Origin: an uncultured Acidobacteriota bacterium
GTDB taxonomy: Bacteria > Acidobacteriota > Vicinamibacteria > Vicinamibacterales > 2-12-FULL-66-21
NCBI GenBank assembly: GCA_963785755.1
Contig: CAWAXG010000068.1
Location: 46,594-110,593 of the forward strand
Reading direction: 5' to 3'
Length of the DNA stretch: 64,000 nt
Shown piece by piece: positions 30,821 through 40,021 of this stretch. The translations under genes and the position numbers were made by a program. Below the pieces are notes generated by a model. That model worked only from the letters and a program-made list of their open reading frames with translations. It made no database searches and had not been told where the DNA came from. Position 1 is the first letter of the stretch; each line of letters begins with the position of its first letter.

Positions 30821-31270
30821 CTACGTTTTCTTCCGTCGCGACTTGCTGACGGTCGCGACCTTCAGCTGGAACGTCTCCTCCGGTGGCGGCGCCGGCCGGC
30901 CGGCCAGCATCGCCGACAGCTCGCGGAGGCCCCGCCTCACGTGCAGGATCCGCTCGCGGGCGTCGGCGCCGAACAACTCGGCGACCTCCGCAAGGGCGCC
31001 GCTGCCGTCTGGCTGTTCCTCGCTGAGCTTGCGCCTGGCGCCTGCGAGGGTGAGCCCTTCGACATACAGCAGATGCTTCAACCGCAGCACCCGCTCCACG
31101 TCGGCCCGCCGATACACGCGAGGGCCGCCCTCGGTTTTCGCGACCCCGAGGTCCGGGAACTCGGCTTCCCACGACCTCAGCACATACGGCTGGACCTTGG
31201 CAATCTCGCAGACCTCAGGCTGCCGGAACAGCGAGCGGTTGGGGATTTCGACCGGGTCTGCTGTGGGCAT
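30821..31270 (-). CDS. MerR-family transcriptional regulator
   Basis: ATG 31270 (MPTADPV). N-terminal MerR-type HTH (FRQPEVCEIAKVQPYVLRSWEAEF...RVYRRADVERVLRLKHLL). Confidence 0.8.
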   Translation of the reverse strand: MPTADPVEIPNRSLFRQPEVCEIAKVQPYVLRSWEAEFPDLGVAKTEGGPRVYRRADVERVLRLKHLLYVEGLTLAGARRKLSEEQPDGSGALAEVAELFGADARERILHVRRGLRELSAMLAGRPAPPPEETFQLKVATVSKSRRKKT

Positions 31271-31308
31271 GAGGTGTTGGCGCAAGTATATCAGAGCAAT
31301 TCGTGGAG

Positions 31309-31734
31309 TTATCCGGTGCGCCGCGCGCCCGCCGCCTCGTCCAGCACCTCGCGAACCCGCCGCGCCAGCGTGATCGGCGTGAACGGCTTCTCGAGCAATG
31401 CCACGCCCTCCTCCCGGACTCACGGCTCGCGGACCTGTTTTTCATCCTCGACGAGCAGGATCGTCTCGCTGCCGCGGGCGCCTTCCTCCTTATCGGGCGC
31501 GACGGCGATGTCCTTTTCGGAGACGAGAGGAAGCGAAATGCTGAAGGTCGATCCCCTGTCCAGACCGGAGCTGACCCGGATGTCGCCGCCGGATTGTTTG
31601 ATGATTCCGCAGACGGTCGACAGCCCGAGGCCTGTCCCCTTCCCCATTTCCTTGGTCGTGAAAAAGGGCTCGAAGATGCGCTCGATGACGTCGGGGGACA
31701 TGCCGGTGCCGGTTTCATCCGCGGCACCGATCAT
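31309..31734 (-). pseudogene. Remnant of a hybrid histidine kinase / response regulator (5'-truncated, internally deleted)
   Basis: It begins inside HATPase_c (DETGTGM = G1 box, GKGTGLGLS = G2 box). It continues into the start of a receiver domain ([12 protein letters not shown]), then an in-frame TGA (31420-31422), then directly the receiver C-terminus (GVALLEKPFTPITLARRVREVL). About 90 aa of the receiver and everything upstream of the G1 box are missing. Confidence 0.75.
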
Positions 31735-33080
31735 TTCTCCCGCCGCCTCACGTGAATCCGGATCGGAGTACCCATCAGCCCGAACGACTCGCGCAGGCGA
31801 TTCATCAGGAAGCGCTCGTACGAGAAGTGGAATTCGGTGGCGACGTTGGTGAAGAACACGAATGTCGGCGGCGAGACACCGGTCTGCGCCGCATACAGGA
31901 TTCGCACTTCCCTCCGGCCCGGGCTCGTGGGCGGATGTGCGACGCTGACCGCGGCGACGAAGCGATTGAGCTCCGAGGTCGAGATGCGGCGCGCGCGGGC
32001 GGCCGCCACCTTGTCGATGGTCTCGATCACCTTCGACGTGCGTTCCCCGGTCGTCGCGGAGATGTGAAGCACCTGCGCGTATTCGAGGAACTTCACCTGC
32101 CGCCGAAGCTTCTCGTCGAACTCCTTCGAGAAATCAGCGCCCCGCCCTTTCATCAGATCCCACTTGTTCGCAGCGATGACGATCCCGCACCCTGCCTTCT
32201 CGGCCTCGCCGGCAATCGCGGCATCCTGATCGGTTGCCCCCTCAGTCGAGTCGATAACCAGCACCGCGACGTCCGCCTGCTCGATCGCCCGGCGTGCCAC
32301 CAGGACCGACACGGCCTCGACCTGACCGGATCTCGCGACTCGACCCGGCCGCCGAATGCCGGCCGTGTCGACGATGCGGAATGTTCGTTTGTGCCATTTC
32401 AGGACGGCATCGACCGTATCTCGAGTGGTCCCGGGGAACTCGCTGACGATCGATCGCTCTTCCCGCAGCAAGCGATTGAGCAGTGACGACTTGCCGACAT
32501 TGGGCCGGCCCACGATCGCCACTTTCGTCTCGTCCTCGACCTCGGAGGCCGCACTGTCTTTGCGAGACGGCAGCCGGCTCGTGACTTCATCCAGCAGATC
32601 GCCAACGCCGTCGCCGTGCTCGGAGGCGATTTCCACGACTGGATCGAACCCCAGCCGGTAGAACTCGAGGGCCCGTCCCCGGGCGCGCTTGTCGTCGGTC
32701 TTGTTGACCGCCAGGACGACCGGCGCGGAGACCAATCTCAGAGCCGAAGCGATCTCCTGGTCGGCCGGGACCAGCCCCTCGCGTCCGTCGACCACGAACA
32801 CGAGCACATCGGCCGTCTTGAGCGCCCTCCGGCCCTGCTGCACGACGAGCTCATGCAGCGGATCGGTGCTGGCACCGAACATCCCGCCAGTATCGACGAG
32901 ACGGAACGTCGTCCCCTGCCACTCGGCGGGGAGCGAGTTCACGTCCCTCGTCGTGCCCGCGATTGGCGTGACGATGGCGCGGCGGGAATCGGTGATGCGG
33001 TTGAAGAGCGTCGATTTGCCGACGTTCGGCCGGCCGACCAGCACGACCGTAGGGGCGGCCGACGCGCGTTTCAGAGGCAT
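31731..33080 (-). CDS. der: Ribosome-associated GTPase Der (EngA), tandem GTPase domains + KH-like
   Basis: Two G domains (GRPNVGKST...DTGG and GRPNVGKSS...DTAG, NKTD/NKWD). Confidence 0.95.
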   Translation of the reverse strand: MPLKRASAAPTVVLVGRPNVGKSTLFNRITDSRRAIVTPIAGTTRDVNSLPAEWQGTTFRLVDTGGMFGASTDPLHELVVQQGRRALKTADVLVFVVDGREGLVPADQEIASALRLVSAPVVLAVNKTDDKRARGRALEFYRLGFDPVVEIASEHGDGVGDLLDEVTSRLPSRKDSAASEVEDETKVAIVGRPNVGKSSLLNRLLREERSIVSEFPGTTRDTVDAVLKWHKRTFRIVDTAGIRRPGRVARSGQVEAVSVLVARRAIEQADVAVLVIDSTEGATDQDAAIAGEAEKAGCGIVIAANKWDLMKGRGADFSKEFDEKLRRQVKFLEYAQVLHISATTGERTSKVIETIDKVAAARARRISTSELNRFVAAVSVAHPPTSPGRREVRILYAAQTGVSPPTFVFFTNVATEFHFSYERFLMNRLRESFGLMGTPIRIHVRRREK

Positions 33081-33106
33081 TCTGGAATTGTTACTTAGAC
33101 CGAAGC

Positions 33107-33135
33107 TTGACAGCGTAAGTGTTTCTATCTATAGT
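33107..33135 (+). promoter_or_regulatory. Sigma-70-type promoter for the IHF/HU-like gene
   Basis: TTGACA (33107-33112), a 17-nt spacer, then TATAGT (33130-33135). It lies ~30 nt upstream of RBS GAGGAG and ATG 33164. Confidence 0.6.
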
Positions 33136-33163
33136 GGTTATAAATACTGAGGAGCGCCTAAGC

Positions 33164-33436
33164 ATGATCAAAGTTGACATTGTCAACGAGGTGTCCAAAG
33201 TGGCCGACATCACCAAGGTGAAGGCCGAGGTGGCAGTGGACGCCGTGTTCGATGCGATGCGACTGTCGATGCAGCGCGGTGAGCGAATCGAGCTGCGGGG
33301 CTTTGGCGTCTTCCAGGTGAAGCCACGAAAGCGCGGAATCGGTCGTAACCCCCGGACGGGGAAGGAAGTTCGCATTCCTCCCGGGCGAACGATTCGATTC
33401 AAGCCAGGCAAAGACTTGCAGAACATCGGAGGCTGA
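33164..33436 (+). CDS. Integration host factor / HU-family DNA-binding protein
   Basis: ERIELRGFGVFQVKPRKRGIGRNPRTGKEVRIPPGRTIRFKPGK is the typical IHF/HU beta-arm. ATG 33164 follows TGAGGAG. Confidence 0.9.
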   Translation: MIKVDIVNEVSKVADITKVKAEVAVDAVFDAMRLSMQRGERIELRGFGVFQVKPRKRGIGRNPRTGKEVRIPPGRTIRFKPGKDLQNIGG

Positions 33437-33456
33437 TCGGTCCTCGACCGCCCGCC

Positions 33457-34434
33457 TTGTCGAACGACTCGCAGCTCAATTCACCCCTCTATCCGTATTC
33501 GGAAACACCGCGGCCGCGCTACCCGGCGGCGAGCGAGCATCCGCGTAGCGGCGATCGTGCGTGGCTCCATCTGCTCCTGTTCATCCTGACGCTGCTCACC
33601 GCAACCTACGCGGGCACAGGACATTACCGGGCATTCATCTCCGACTTCGACAGACCGCTCGACCTTGCGCTGTTTCTGAACGGTCTATGGTACAGCGGAA
33701 CCATTCTCGCGATTCTGACGGCGCACGAGATGGGTCACTACCTCTATTGCCGCCGCTACGACCTGGACGCATCGCTCCCTTACTTCCTGCCCGCGCCGCT
33801 CCTGCTTACAGGGACACTCGGCGCCGTGATCCGGATCAGGGAACCGTTCCACACCAGGACCCAGCTCTTCGACGTCGGCATCGCCGGTCCGCTCGCCGGG
33901 CTGATCGTGTTGATTCCAGCGCTCTTCTACGGACTGAATCTGTCGACGATCGTGCCAAGCCCGACCGACGGCGTGGTGCTGTATCTCGGTGAGCCGCTGC
34001 TCTTTCAGTGGGCGGCATACCTCATCCTCGGTCCCATCGCCGACGGTCAGACGATCAACATCCACCCGATCGTCTTTGCGTGCTGGTTCGGCATGCTGGC
34101 GACGGCGCTGAACCTGGTGCCTTTCGGGCAATTCGACGGCGGGCACATCCTTTACGCGGTGTTCGGCGACCGCGTCGCCCGGCAGGTCTCGGCGCTGGCC
34201 GTCCTGATGTCGGCCGGTCTGGTCGCGCTTTCGTGGACGTGGGTGCTGCCGGCGGTACTCATGGCGGTCATGTGGCGCCTCATGGGTCTGCGGCATCCGT
34301 CACCTCTCAACCCGTATGAGCCGCTGGCGCGCGGGCGCATCGTCCTGGCGGTCATCGCTCTCATCGCTTTCGCGGTCTGCTTTACGCCTGCGCCGCTTCG
34401 GATCGCCGAGCTCGTCACGACCGCTTCGCGGTAG
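33457..34434 (+). CDS. Site-2 protease family (M50) membrane metalloprotease
   Basis: HEMGHY zinc motif in a TM helix. Multiple TM segments. FDGGH-type motif (FGQFDGGHILY). Confidence 0.85.
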   Translation: MSNDSQLNSPLYPYSETPRPRYPAASEHPRSGDRAWLHLLLFILTLLTATYAGTGHYRAFISDFDRPLDLALFLNGLWYSGTILAILTAHEMGHYLYCRRYDLDASLPYFLPAPLLLTGTLGAVIRIREPFHTRTQLFDVGIAGPLAGLIVLIPALFYGLNLSTIVPSPTDGVVLYLGEPLLFQWAAYLILGPIADGQTINIHPIVFACWFGMLATALNLVPFGQFDGGHILYAVFGDRVARQVSALAVLMSAGLVALSWTWVLPAVLMAVMWRLMGLRHPSPLNPYEPLARGRIVLAVIALIAFAVCFTPAPLRIAELVTTASR

Positions 34435-34445
34435 TTTCTCCTCTC

Positions 34446-36947
34446 TCAGAGCACGCTGACCGGATCGACGTCGACGATCGTGCGCCGCTTGATCTCCGGA
34501 CGCGCTTCGAGCGCCGCCAGGACCGCCTTGCGCATCGTCGACCGGTGCAACCCCTTCACGAAAAACTGCGCGCGGTGCTCTCCCTTCAATCTGCTGAGCG
34601 GCGCCGGCGCGGGGCCGAGGACACGGTACGGTTCCCCCGAGCCTCTGACAGCGCCGACGAGATCAGCGGCGTCGGCCATCGCCGCCTCGAGCGTGCCGGC
34701 CTTGACCACGGCGTTGATCAGCGCCACTGCCGGGGGATACCGCATGGACCGCCGGAAATCGAGCTCCTCGCGATAGAACGTGAGGTAGTCCTGCCGGCAT
34801 GCATGTCGGATGCTGTAGTGATCCGGATGAATGGTCTGGACGATCGCTTCTCCGGCGATTTCACCTCGTCCCGCCCGGCCCGCAACCTGCGTGAGCAGCT
34901 GGAACGTCCGCTCCCCTGCTCGAAAGTCGGCGAGCCCGAGACCGACATCGGCGGAGACGACGCCGACCAGCGTCACCTGCGGAAAGTCGTGGCCCTTGGC
35001 GATCATCTGTGTCCCGATCAGGATGTCGATCTCGCCCGCGGCGAACCGGCCCAGGAGCGCGGTGATCGCGCCGCGCCGGCGGATGGTATCCCGGTCGACC
35101 CGCGCGACGCGCGCGCCGGGGAACAGGGCCTGGACCTCGGCTTCCACGCGCTCCGTGCCAAAGCCGATCTGCTCGAGATACGGTCCGGCACAGTGCCCGC
35201 ACGCCGTCGGCACCTTGATCGAATAGTTGCAATAGTGGCAGCGGGCTCGCCGCGCCGCGCGATGGACGGTCAGCGTGACACTGCAGTTCGGGCAATCGAA
35301 CGTGGCGCCGCACTGCCTGCAGAACACCGACGTGGCGAAGCCGCGCCGGTTGAGCAGTACCATCGCCTGCTCGCCGCGCTCGAGCCGGGAGCGGATCGCG
35401 TCGGCGAGCGGCTCGCTGATGATCACGTCCGCTCCCCGGGCGGCGAACTCCTGCCGCATGTCGACGACGCGGACGCTCGCCATCGGCCGATCGAGCACCC
35501 GCTTCTGCAGCGAGACCAGCGTGTAGCGGCCGTTCTCCGCGTTGTGATAGCTCTCGAGCGACGGCGTCGCCGAGCCGAGCACGACCAGCGCCTGCAAACG
35601 CTGCCCGCGCAGCACGGCAACGTCTCTTCCGTGATACCTCGGACTCTCTTCCTGCTTGAACGAGCTGTCGTGTTCCTCATCGACGACAATCAGGCCGAGG
35701 TCTTTCACTGGCGCGAAGACGGCGGATCTCGTTCCGACCACGACACTGACGTCGCCGCGCCGGATCCGATGCCACTGATCGTGGCGCTCGCCATCGGAGA
35801 GGCCGCTGTGCTGGATGGCCACCCGGTCGCGAAAGACGGAATGGAACGCCCCCGCGACCGCAGGCGTGAGGGCGATCTCCGGCACCAGGACCAGAACTCC
35901 CCTTCCCGTCGCCGCGACGTGCTGCGCGAGGCGGAGATACAACTCGGTCTTTCCGCTGCCCGTCACGCCGTGCAGCAGCGCTGCGGCAAATGCGCCGGAC
36001 GACGACAGTGCCCGCAGCCGATCGAGTGCGTCCGACTGTTCCGGCGTCAGGGTGATACGGCGATCGGGACCCGAGTCGTGCCTGATCGCATGACCGAACG
36101 GGTCCCGCTCGACGCGCCGCCGGCTGATCGACACCAGCCCCAGTGCCGCGAGCCGCTGCACGGTCGCGGCCGTCAGCCCCCGCTCGTTCAATTCACGCGC
36201 GTCGAGCCCGTCCGCTGCCCCAGCCAGTAACGCCAGCGTCTCCGTCTGTCGCGGACCCAGCCGCGGCCCGGGCGCATCATCCTCCTCGGCTTCGACGTCA
36301 GCGAATTCATGCGGCGCGAGCACGCGGGCCGCGGATCTCACGGCGTGGGACGCATGGACGTCGAGACCCTGAGCGGTTATGGTCGCGACACGAACGGTAC
36401 GAAATGCGGACGCCTGGCCCTGCAGCGGACGGGAAATCGCGAGCAGCCCTTCCCGTTCGAGCGCCAGCAGAGCCGCCCGTGCAGCGCGTCCCCTGCCAAC
36501 CAGGCTGCCGACGCGGACCGGCTTGTCTCCCTTCAACTCCTCGAGCAAATCACGCCGCACTCCACGTTCGATCAGCAGACGGGCGTGGCCGGCATCGGTG
36601 ATTTGCGCGTGCCGCTCGCTCTCGACCCATGCCCGTGGCGGCATCGCGGCCGCGATGGCTTCTCCCGGGCCGCACGCATAGTAGTCGGCTACCCACAGCG
36701 CGAGCGCGACCACCTCTTCCGGAAGAAACGCCTCGTCATCGAGGACGTCGACGATGTCCCTGGTCGCCGCGGGCGCTGTGGATTCGAGGTCCGAGGCGAC
36801 GGCGGAGACGACGACGCCGGTGACGATGCGGTTGCCAAGCGGGGCGAGCACGCGCGCGCCGATCCTGGGATCGGGCAGTTCGTCGGGAATGCTGTAGGTC
36901 AGGGCCTCGAGCGTTGGGACCGCAACGGCCACGCGAATCTGGCGCAT
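34446..36947 (-). CDS. priA: Primosomal protein N' (replication restart helicase PriA)
   Basis: Walker A GVTGSGKTE, DEEHD box, and Cys-rich zinc region CRQCGATFDCPNCSVTLTVHRAARRARCHYCNY. Confidence 0.95.
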   Translation of the reverse strand: MRQIRVAVAVPTLEALTYSIPDELPDPRIGARVLAPLGNRIVTGVVVSAVASDLESTAPAATRDIVDVLDDEAFLPEEVVALALWVADYYACGPGEAIAAAMPPRAWVESERHAQITDAGHARLLIERGVRRDLLEELKGDKPVRVGSLVGRGRAARAALLALEREGLLAISRPLQGQASAFRTVRVATITAQGLDVHASHAVRSAARVLAPHEFADVEAEEDDAPGPRLGPRQTETLALLAGAADGLDARELNERGLTAATVQRLAALGLVSISRRRVERDPFGHAIRHDSGPDRRITLTPEQSDALDRLRALSSSGAFAAALLHGVTGSGKTELYLRLAQHVAATGRGVLVLVPEIALTPAVAGAFHSVFRDRVAIQHSGLSDGERHDQWHRIRRGDVSVVVGTRSAVFAPVKDLGLIVVDEEHDSSFKQEESPRYHGRDVAVLRGQRLQALVVLGSATPSLESYHNAENGRYTLVSLQKRVLDRPMASVRVVDMRQEFAARGADVIISEPLADAIRSRLERGEQAMVLLNRRGFATSVFCRQCGATFDCPNCSVTLTVHRAARRARCHYCNYSIKVPTACGHCAGPYLEQIGFGTERVEAEVQALFPGARVARVDRDTIRRRGAITALLGRFAAGEIDILIGTQMIAKGHDFPQVTLVGVVSADVGLGLADFRAGERTFQLLTQVAGRAGRGEIAGEAIVQTIHPDHYSIRHACRQDYLTFYREELDFRRSMRYPPAVALINAVVKAGTLEAAMADAADLVGAVRGSGEPYRVLGPAPAPLSRLKGEHRAQFFVKGLHRSTMRKAVLAALEARPEIKRRTIVDVDPVSVL

Positions 36948-36950
36948 CGC

Positions 36951-37784
36951 CTATCGCGACGGCCGTGGAGACGACGCCGGCGCCGGAGGCTCCCGGTCGA
37001 GAAGCGCGAGCGCCTTCTTCAAGTCGTCCCACGCTTCCCGCTTGTACCCTGGACTCCGGAGCAGAAAGGAAGGATGGAACGTGGGGATCAGCTTCGCGCC
37101 GCGATAGTCGTAAACCCGCCCGCGCAGGCGGGAGATTGGATCGTTTGTCTTCAGCAGCGTCCGCGCGGCGAACGCGCCCAGCGCGATGATGACTTTCGGC
37201 TGGATCGACGCAATCTGCCGGAAGAGGAACGGCTCGCATTGCTCGATCTCGTCCGGCTCGGGATTGCGGTTGTTCGGCGGCCGGCACTTCAGCACGTTCG
37301 CGATGTACACGTCGCTGCGGTTGAATCCCATCGCCTCGATCATCTTGGTCAGCAGCTGCCCCGCGCGTCCAACGAAGGGCTCGCCCTGGATGTCTTCGTC
37401 GGCGCCGGGCGCCTCGCCCACGAACATCAGATCCGCCGATGGATTGCCGACGCCGAACACAATCTGCTTCCGGCCGAGGCCGTGCAGCTTGCAGCGGGTG
37501 CAATCGCCCAGATCTTCGCGGATGAGAGTCAGTGACTCTCGCAAGGCGTGCGCAGTCGGGATCGGTGATCGGTGATCGGGGATCGCTGGACTATCGGGAC
37601 TGATGAGATCCGGATCCGCCTCGGTTTCACCGCTCTGCTCGTCGATCCCCGATCCCAGATCACCGATCCCCGGTTGGGCGGATCTCAGTTCTTCCCGGCG
37701 TCTCCATGACGCGTCGCGACTGATGCCCGTCACGCCGAGCTCAGAGAAAAAGCGAAGGTGTTCAGCGAGGTCGGATTGGGACAT
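36951..37784 (-). CDS. Uracil-DNA glycosylase, family 4, with N-terminal extension and repeat-encoded linker
   Basis: [16 protein letters not shown] and HPSFLLR motifs. Start chosen at ATG 37784 ([13 protein letters not shown]). ATG 37820 is an in-frame alternative that lies inside the GTGCT repeat region. Confidence 0.88.
   Translation of the reverse strand: MSQSDLAEHLRFFSELGVTGISRDASWRRREELRSAQPGIGDLGSGIDEQSGETEADPDLISPDSPAIPDHRSPIPTAHALRESLTLIREDLGDCTRCKLHGLGRKQIVFGVGNPSADLMFVGEAPGADEDIQGEPFVGRAGQLLTKMIEAMGFNRSDVYIANVLKCRPPNNRNPEPDEIEQCEPFLFRQIASIQPKVIIALGAFAARTLLKTNDPISRLRGRVYDYRGAKLIPTFHPSFLLRSPGYKREAWDDLKKALALLDREPPAPASSPRPSR
37558..37671. repeat. Two inverted arrays of four GATC-containing heptamers
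   Basis: GATC occurs at 37560, 37567, 37574 and 37581 (ATCGGTG-type units) and at 37644, 37651, 37658 and 37665 (GATCNCC-type units, the reverse complement). Two further GATC sites lie at 37607 and 37613. The arms form a ~28-nt imperfect inverted repeat. Confidence 0.85.
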
Positions 37785-37788
37785 GGGA

Positions 37789-37890
37789 AACGTGCTGCGT
37801 GCCGAGTGCTGCGTGCTCACGTGCTCTACATGCTATGTGCTCACGCGCCTCACGTGCTTGTCGTGCGACGTGCTTTTCGTGCGACGTGCT
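37789..37890. repeat. Cluster of same-orientation GTGCT / ACGTGCT short repeats between coaBC and UDG
   Basis: GTGCT occurs at 37792, 37806, 37813, 37821, 37837, 37854, 37870 and 37886. Tandem TCGTGCGACGTGCT at 37861-37874 and 37877-37890. GTGCTGCGTGC at 37792-37802 and 37806-37816. Confidence 0.8.
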
Positions 37891-37926
37891 AACTGTGGCG
37901 GGCTCTGCCGTCGGCGCACACATTGA

Positions 37927-39129
37927 CTACTTGCTCGTCATCGGCGCGAGGAGCGCCTCGGCTCGATCCAGGATGATTGCCGCGAGCACCGTCTTCGGTC
38001 CGCTGGCGAAGGGCTCGATGCCGTCACGGCTGATGATCGTCGCGGCGTTCAGGTCCGAGTCGAACCCGACGCCTTCGGTGGAGATGTCGTTCGCGACGAT
38101 CAGATCGGCGCCTTTGCGGAGCAGCTTCTGCCGGCCGCGTTCGACCGGATCGCCGCTTTCCGCCGCGAACCCGACGAGCACGGGTCTGGCGCGGTCCGCT
38201 CGCGCTTTACCGAGCGCCGCGAGAATGTCCGTGGTACGGACGAGCGACAAGTCGAGCGGGCCGTCGGTCTTTTCGATCTTGCCGGGGCGCCGCTCGGGCG
38301 TATAGTCCGCCACCGCCGCGGCCATGATCACCATGTCGGCCTCGACGGCGTGCCGCTGGACGGCGGTATTCATCTGCTCGGCATTCCTGACGCGCAGCAG
38401 CTCGACGCCGGCCGGCGGCGGCAGCGTCGCTGGCCCCGAGACGAGAATGACCCGCGCGCCGCGCCGGACTGCTTCCGCCGCGATCGCGTATCCCATCTTG
38501 CCGCTCGATCGATTCCCGATGTACCGCACGTCGTCGATATCTTCGTAGGTAGGCCCGGCGGTCACGACGACGAGGCGTCCAAGGAGCGAGCCGGCGGGCT
38601 GAAGCACGCGTTCGGCGGCTTCGACGATCTCGTCCGGCTCCGCGAGCCGGCCTTTGCCGATCCAGCCGCAGGCGAGATAACCGGCGCCGGGCTCGACGAA
38701 TCGCACGCCACGGGCCGCCAACGTCGCCAGGTTGGCCCGCACGGCCTCGTGCTCGAGCATGTTGGTATTCATGGCCGGCGCCATGAGCACTGGTGCGCGC
38801 GTCGCCAGATACAGCGCGCTCAGGAAGTCGTCGGCAATGCCGTTGGCGAACTTGCCGATGATGTTCGCCGTCGCCGGCGCGACCAGCAGCAGGCTGATGT
38901 CGGTGGCGAGCGAGATGTGCTCGATGTCCGCGTTGGCGCCGGGGCTCCACTGGCTCGTGACGACCCGGCGGCGGGTAATCGCTTCGAACGTCAGCTCACC
39001 GACGAAGCGCCGGGCCGATCGGGTCATGATCGCGGCGACGTCGTGCCCCCGCTTCTGCAGCCCGCGGGCGACCTCGATCGCCTTGTACGCGCCGATGCCT
39101 CCCGAAACCCCCAACCCTACGAGCGCCAT
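37927..39129 (-). CDS. coaBC: Bifunctional phosphopantothenoylcysteine decarboxylase / phosphopantothenate-cysteine ligase
   Basis: N-terminal flavoprotein domain (GVSGGIGAYKA, PAMNTNM) and C-terminal CoaB domain (ITAGPT-like VTAGPTYEDIDDVRYIGNRSSGKMG). Confidence 0.95.
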   Translation of the reverse strand: MALVGLGVSGGIGAYKAIEVARGLQKRGHDVAAIMTRSARRFVGELTFEAITRRRVVTSQWSPGANADIEHISLATDISLLLVAPATANIIGKFANGIADDFLSALYLATRAPVLMAPAMNTNMLEHEAVRANLATLAARGVRFVEPGAGYLACGWIGKGRLAEPDEIVEAAERVLQPAGSLLGRLVVVTAGPTYEDIDDVRYIGNRSSGKMGYAIAAEAVRRGARVILVSGPATLPPPAGVELLRVRNAEQMNTAVQRHAVEADMVIMAAAVADYTPERRPGKIEKTDGPLDLSLVRTTDILAALGKARADRARPVLVGFAAESGDPVERGRQKLLRKGADLIVANDISTEGVGFDSDLNAATIISRDGIEPFASGPKTVLAAIILDRAEALLAPMTSK

Positions 39130-39197
39130 ACTCCGCCTCCGGCCCCTCCCGATGTTGGCAATGCCGACGATCGTGCCGATGCGTTGCGTACAGCCGT

Positions 39198-39380
39198 CTA
39201 TTCGTCCTCGGCAGGCTGCAGCCTGCGGACGTGGCCCTGCTTGATCTCGAGCGCCGCCAGACGGGCCGGCTTCTCGGGACCATCGACCCGCGGCGTGCAG
39301 CCACGAAGCAACTGCCGCGCGCGAGCGCCGGCGAGAATCACGAATTCGAACGCGTTCGTCACTTCCGTCTTGTCGGCCAT
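39198..39380 (-). CDS. rpoZ: DNA-directed RNA polymerase subunit omega
   Basis: 60-aa protein MADKTEVTNAFEFVILAGARARQLL. ATG 39380 lies 3 nt after the gmk stop. Conserved gmk-rpoZ order. Confidence 0.85.
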   Translation of the reverse strand: MADKTEVTNAFEFVILAGARARQLLRGCTPRVDGPEKPARLAALEIKQGHVRRLQPAEDE

Positions 39381-39382
39381 TT

Positions 39383-40021
39383 TCAACCCTTCTGCTGGAA
39401 TGTCTTGACGATTCTCTCCGCTTCCGGCCGCGCCGAGCGGAGGCGCGTTCGTTCCGCGAGAACGATTGCCCGCAACCGTTCCACGCACGCCTCGAGCTCG
39501 TCGTTCACGATCACGTAGTCGTACTCGTCGAACGCCGCGACTTCCGCGCGCGCCGTCTCGAGACGGCGCTGCATGGCATCTTCCGGATCCTTGCTGCGTC
39601 CTCGCAACCGCTGCTCGAGCACCGCGAACGATGGCGGCATGACGAAAACGGCGACGGTGCCCGTGAACCGTGTACGGACCTGCCGAGCGCCCTGTACGTC
39701 GATGACGAGCACGAGGTCCCGGCCCGTGGCGAGGTGACACTCCGCATCGGCCGCAGACGTCCCGTAGAGGTTGCCGAACACGTCCGCCCATTCCAGAAAG
39801 GCGTCCGCCGCAATCATCTCCTCGAAGCGAGAACGGGATACGAAATTATAGTCCACGCCGTCGCTCTCGCCCGGCCGGGCCGCCCGGGACGTGTACGACC
39901 GGGACAGAGCCAGATCCGAAACGACGTGCACGAGACGCTCGACCACCGTGGTCTTGCCGGTGCCCGAGGGCGCCGACACGACGAAGAGAAGACCGCGCCG
40001 GGACGGCCCCTCACTCGACAT
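39383..40021 (-). CDS. gmk: Guanylate kinase
   Basis: P-loop SAPSGTGKTT. YTSRAARPGESDGVDYNFVS. EWADVFGNLYGT. Confidence 0.95.
   Translation of the reverse strand: MSSEGPSRRGLLFVVSAPSGTGKTTVVERLVHVVSDLALSRSYTSRAARPGESDGVDYNFVSRSRFEEMIAADAFLEWADVFGNLYGTSAADAECHLATGRDLVLVIDVQGARQVRTRFTGTVAVFVMPPSFAVLEQRLRGRSKDPEDAMQRRLETARAEVAAFDEYDYVIVNDELEACVERLRAIVLAERTRLRSARPEAERIVKTFQQKG

Noticed and set aside
31420-31422. In-frame TGA within the kinase/receiver remnant (…VREP-TGA-VREEG…), considered as a second selenocysteine codon.
   Set aside because: The TGA does not align with any Cys or redox motif. The flanking sequence lacks about 90 residues of the receiver domain and the N-terminal kinase domains are missing. 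No SECIS-like hairpin was recognised by eye at the expected spacing. A deletion scar explains it better.
37785-37926. The short-repeat cluster (and the 51238..51369 tandem repeat), considered as a CRISPR array.
   Set aside because: The units are 5-16 nt (or 45 nt head-to-tail) with no unique spacers of 25-40 nt. No cas genes are nearby.
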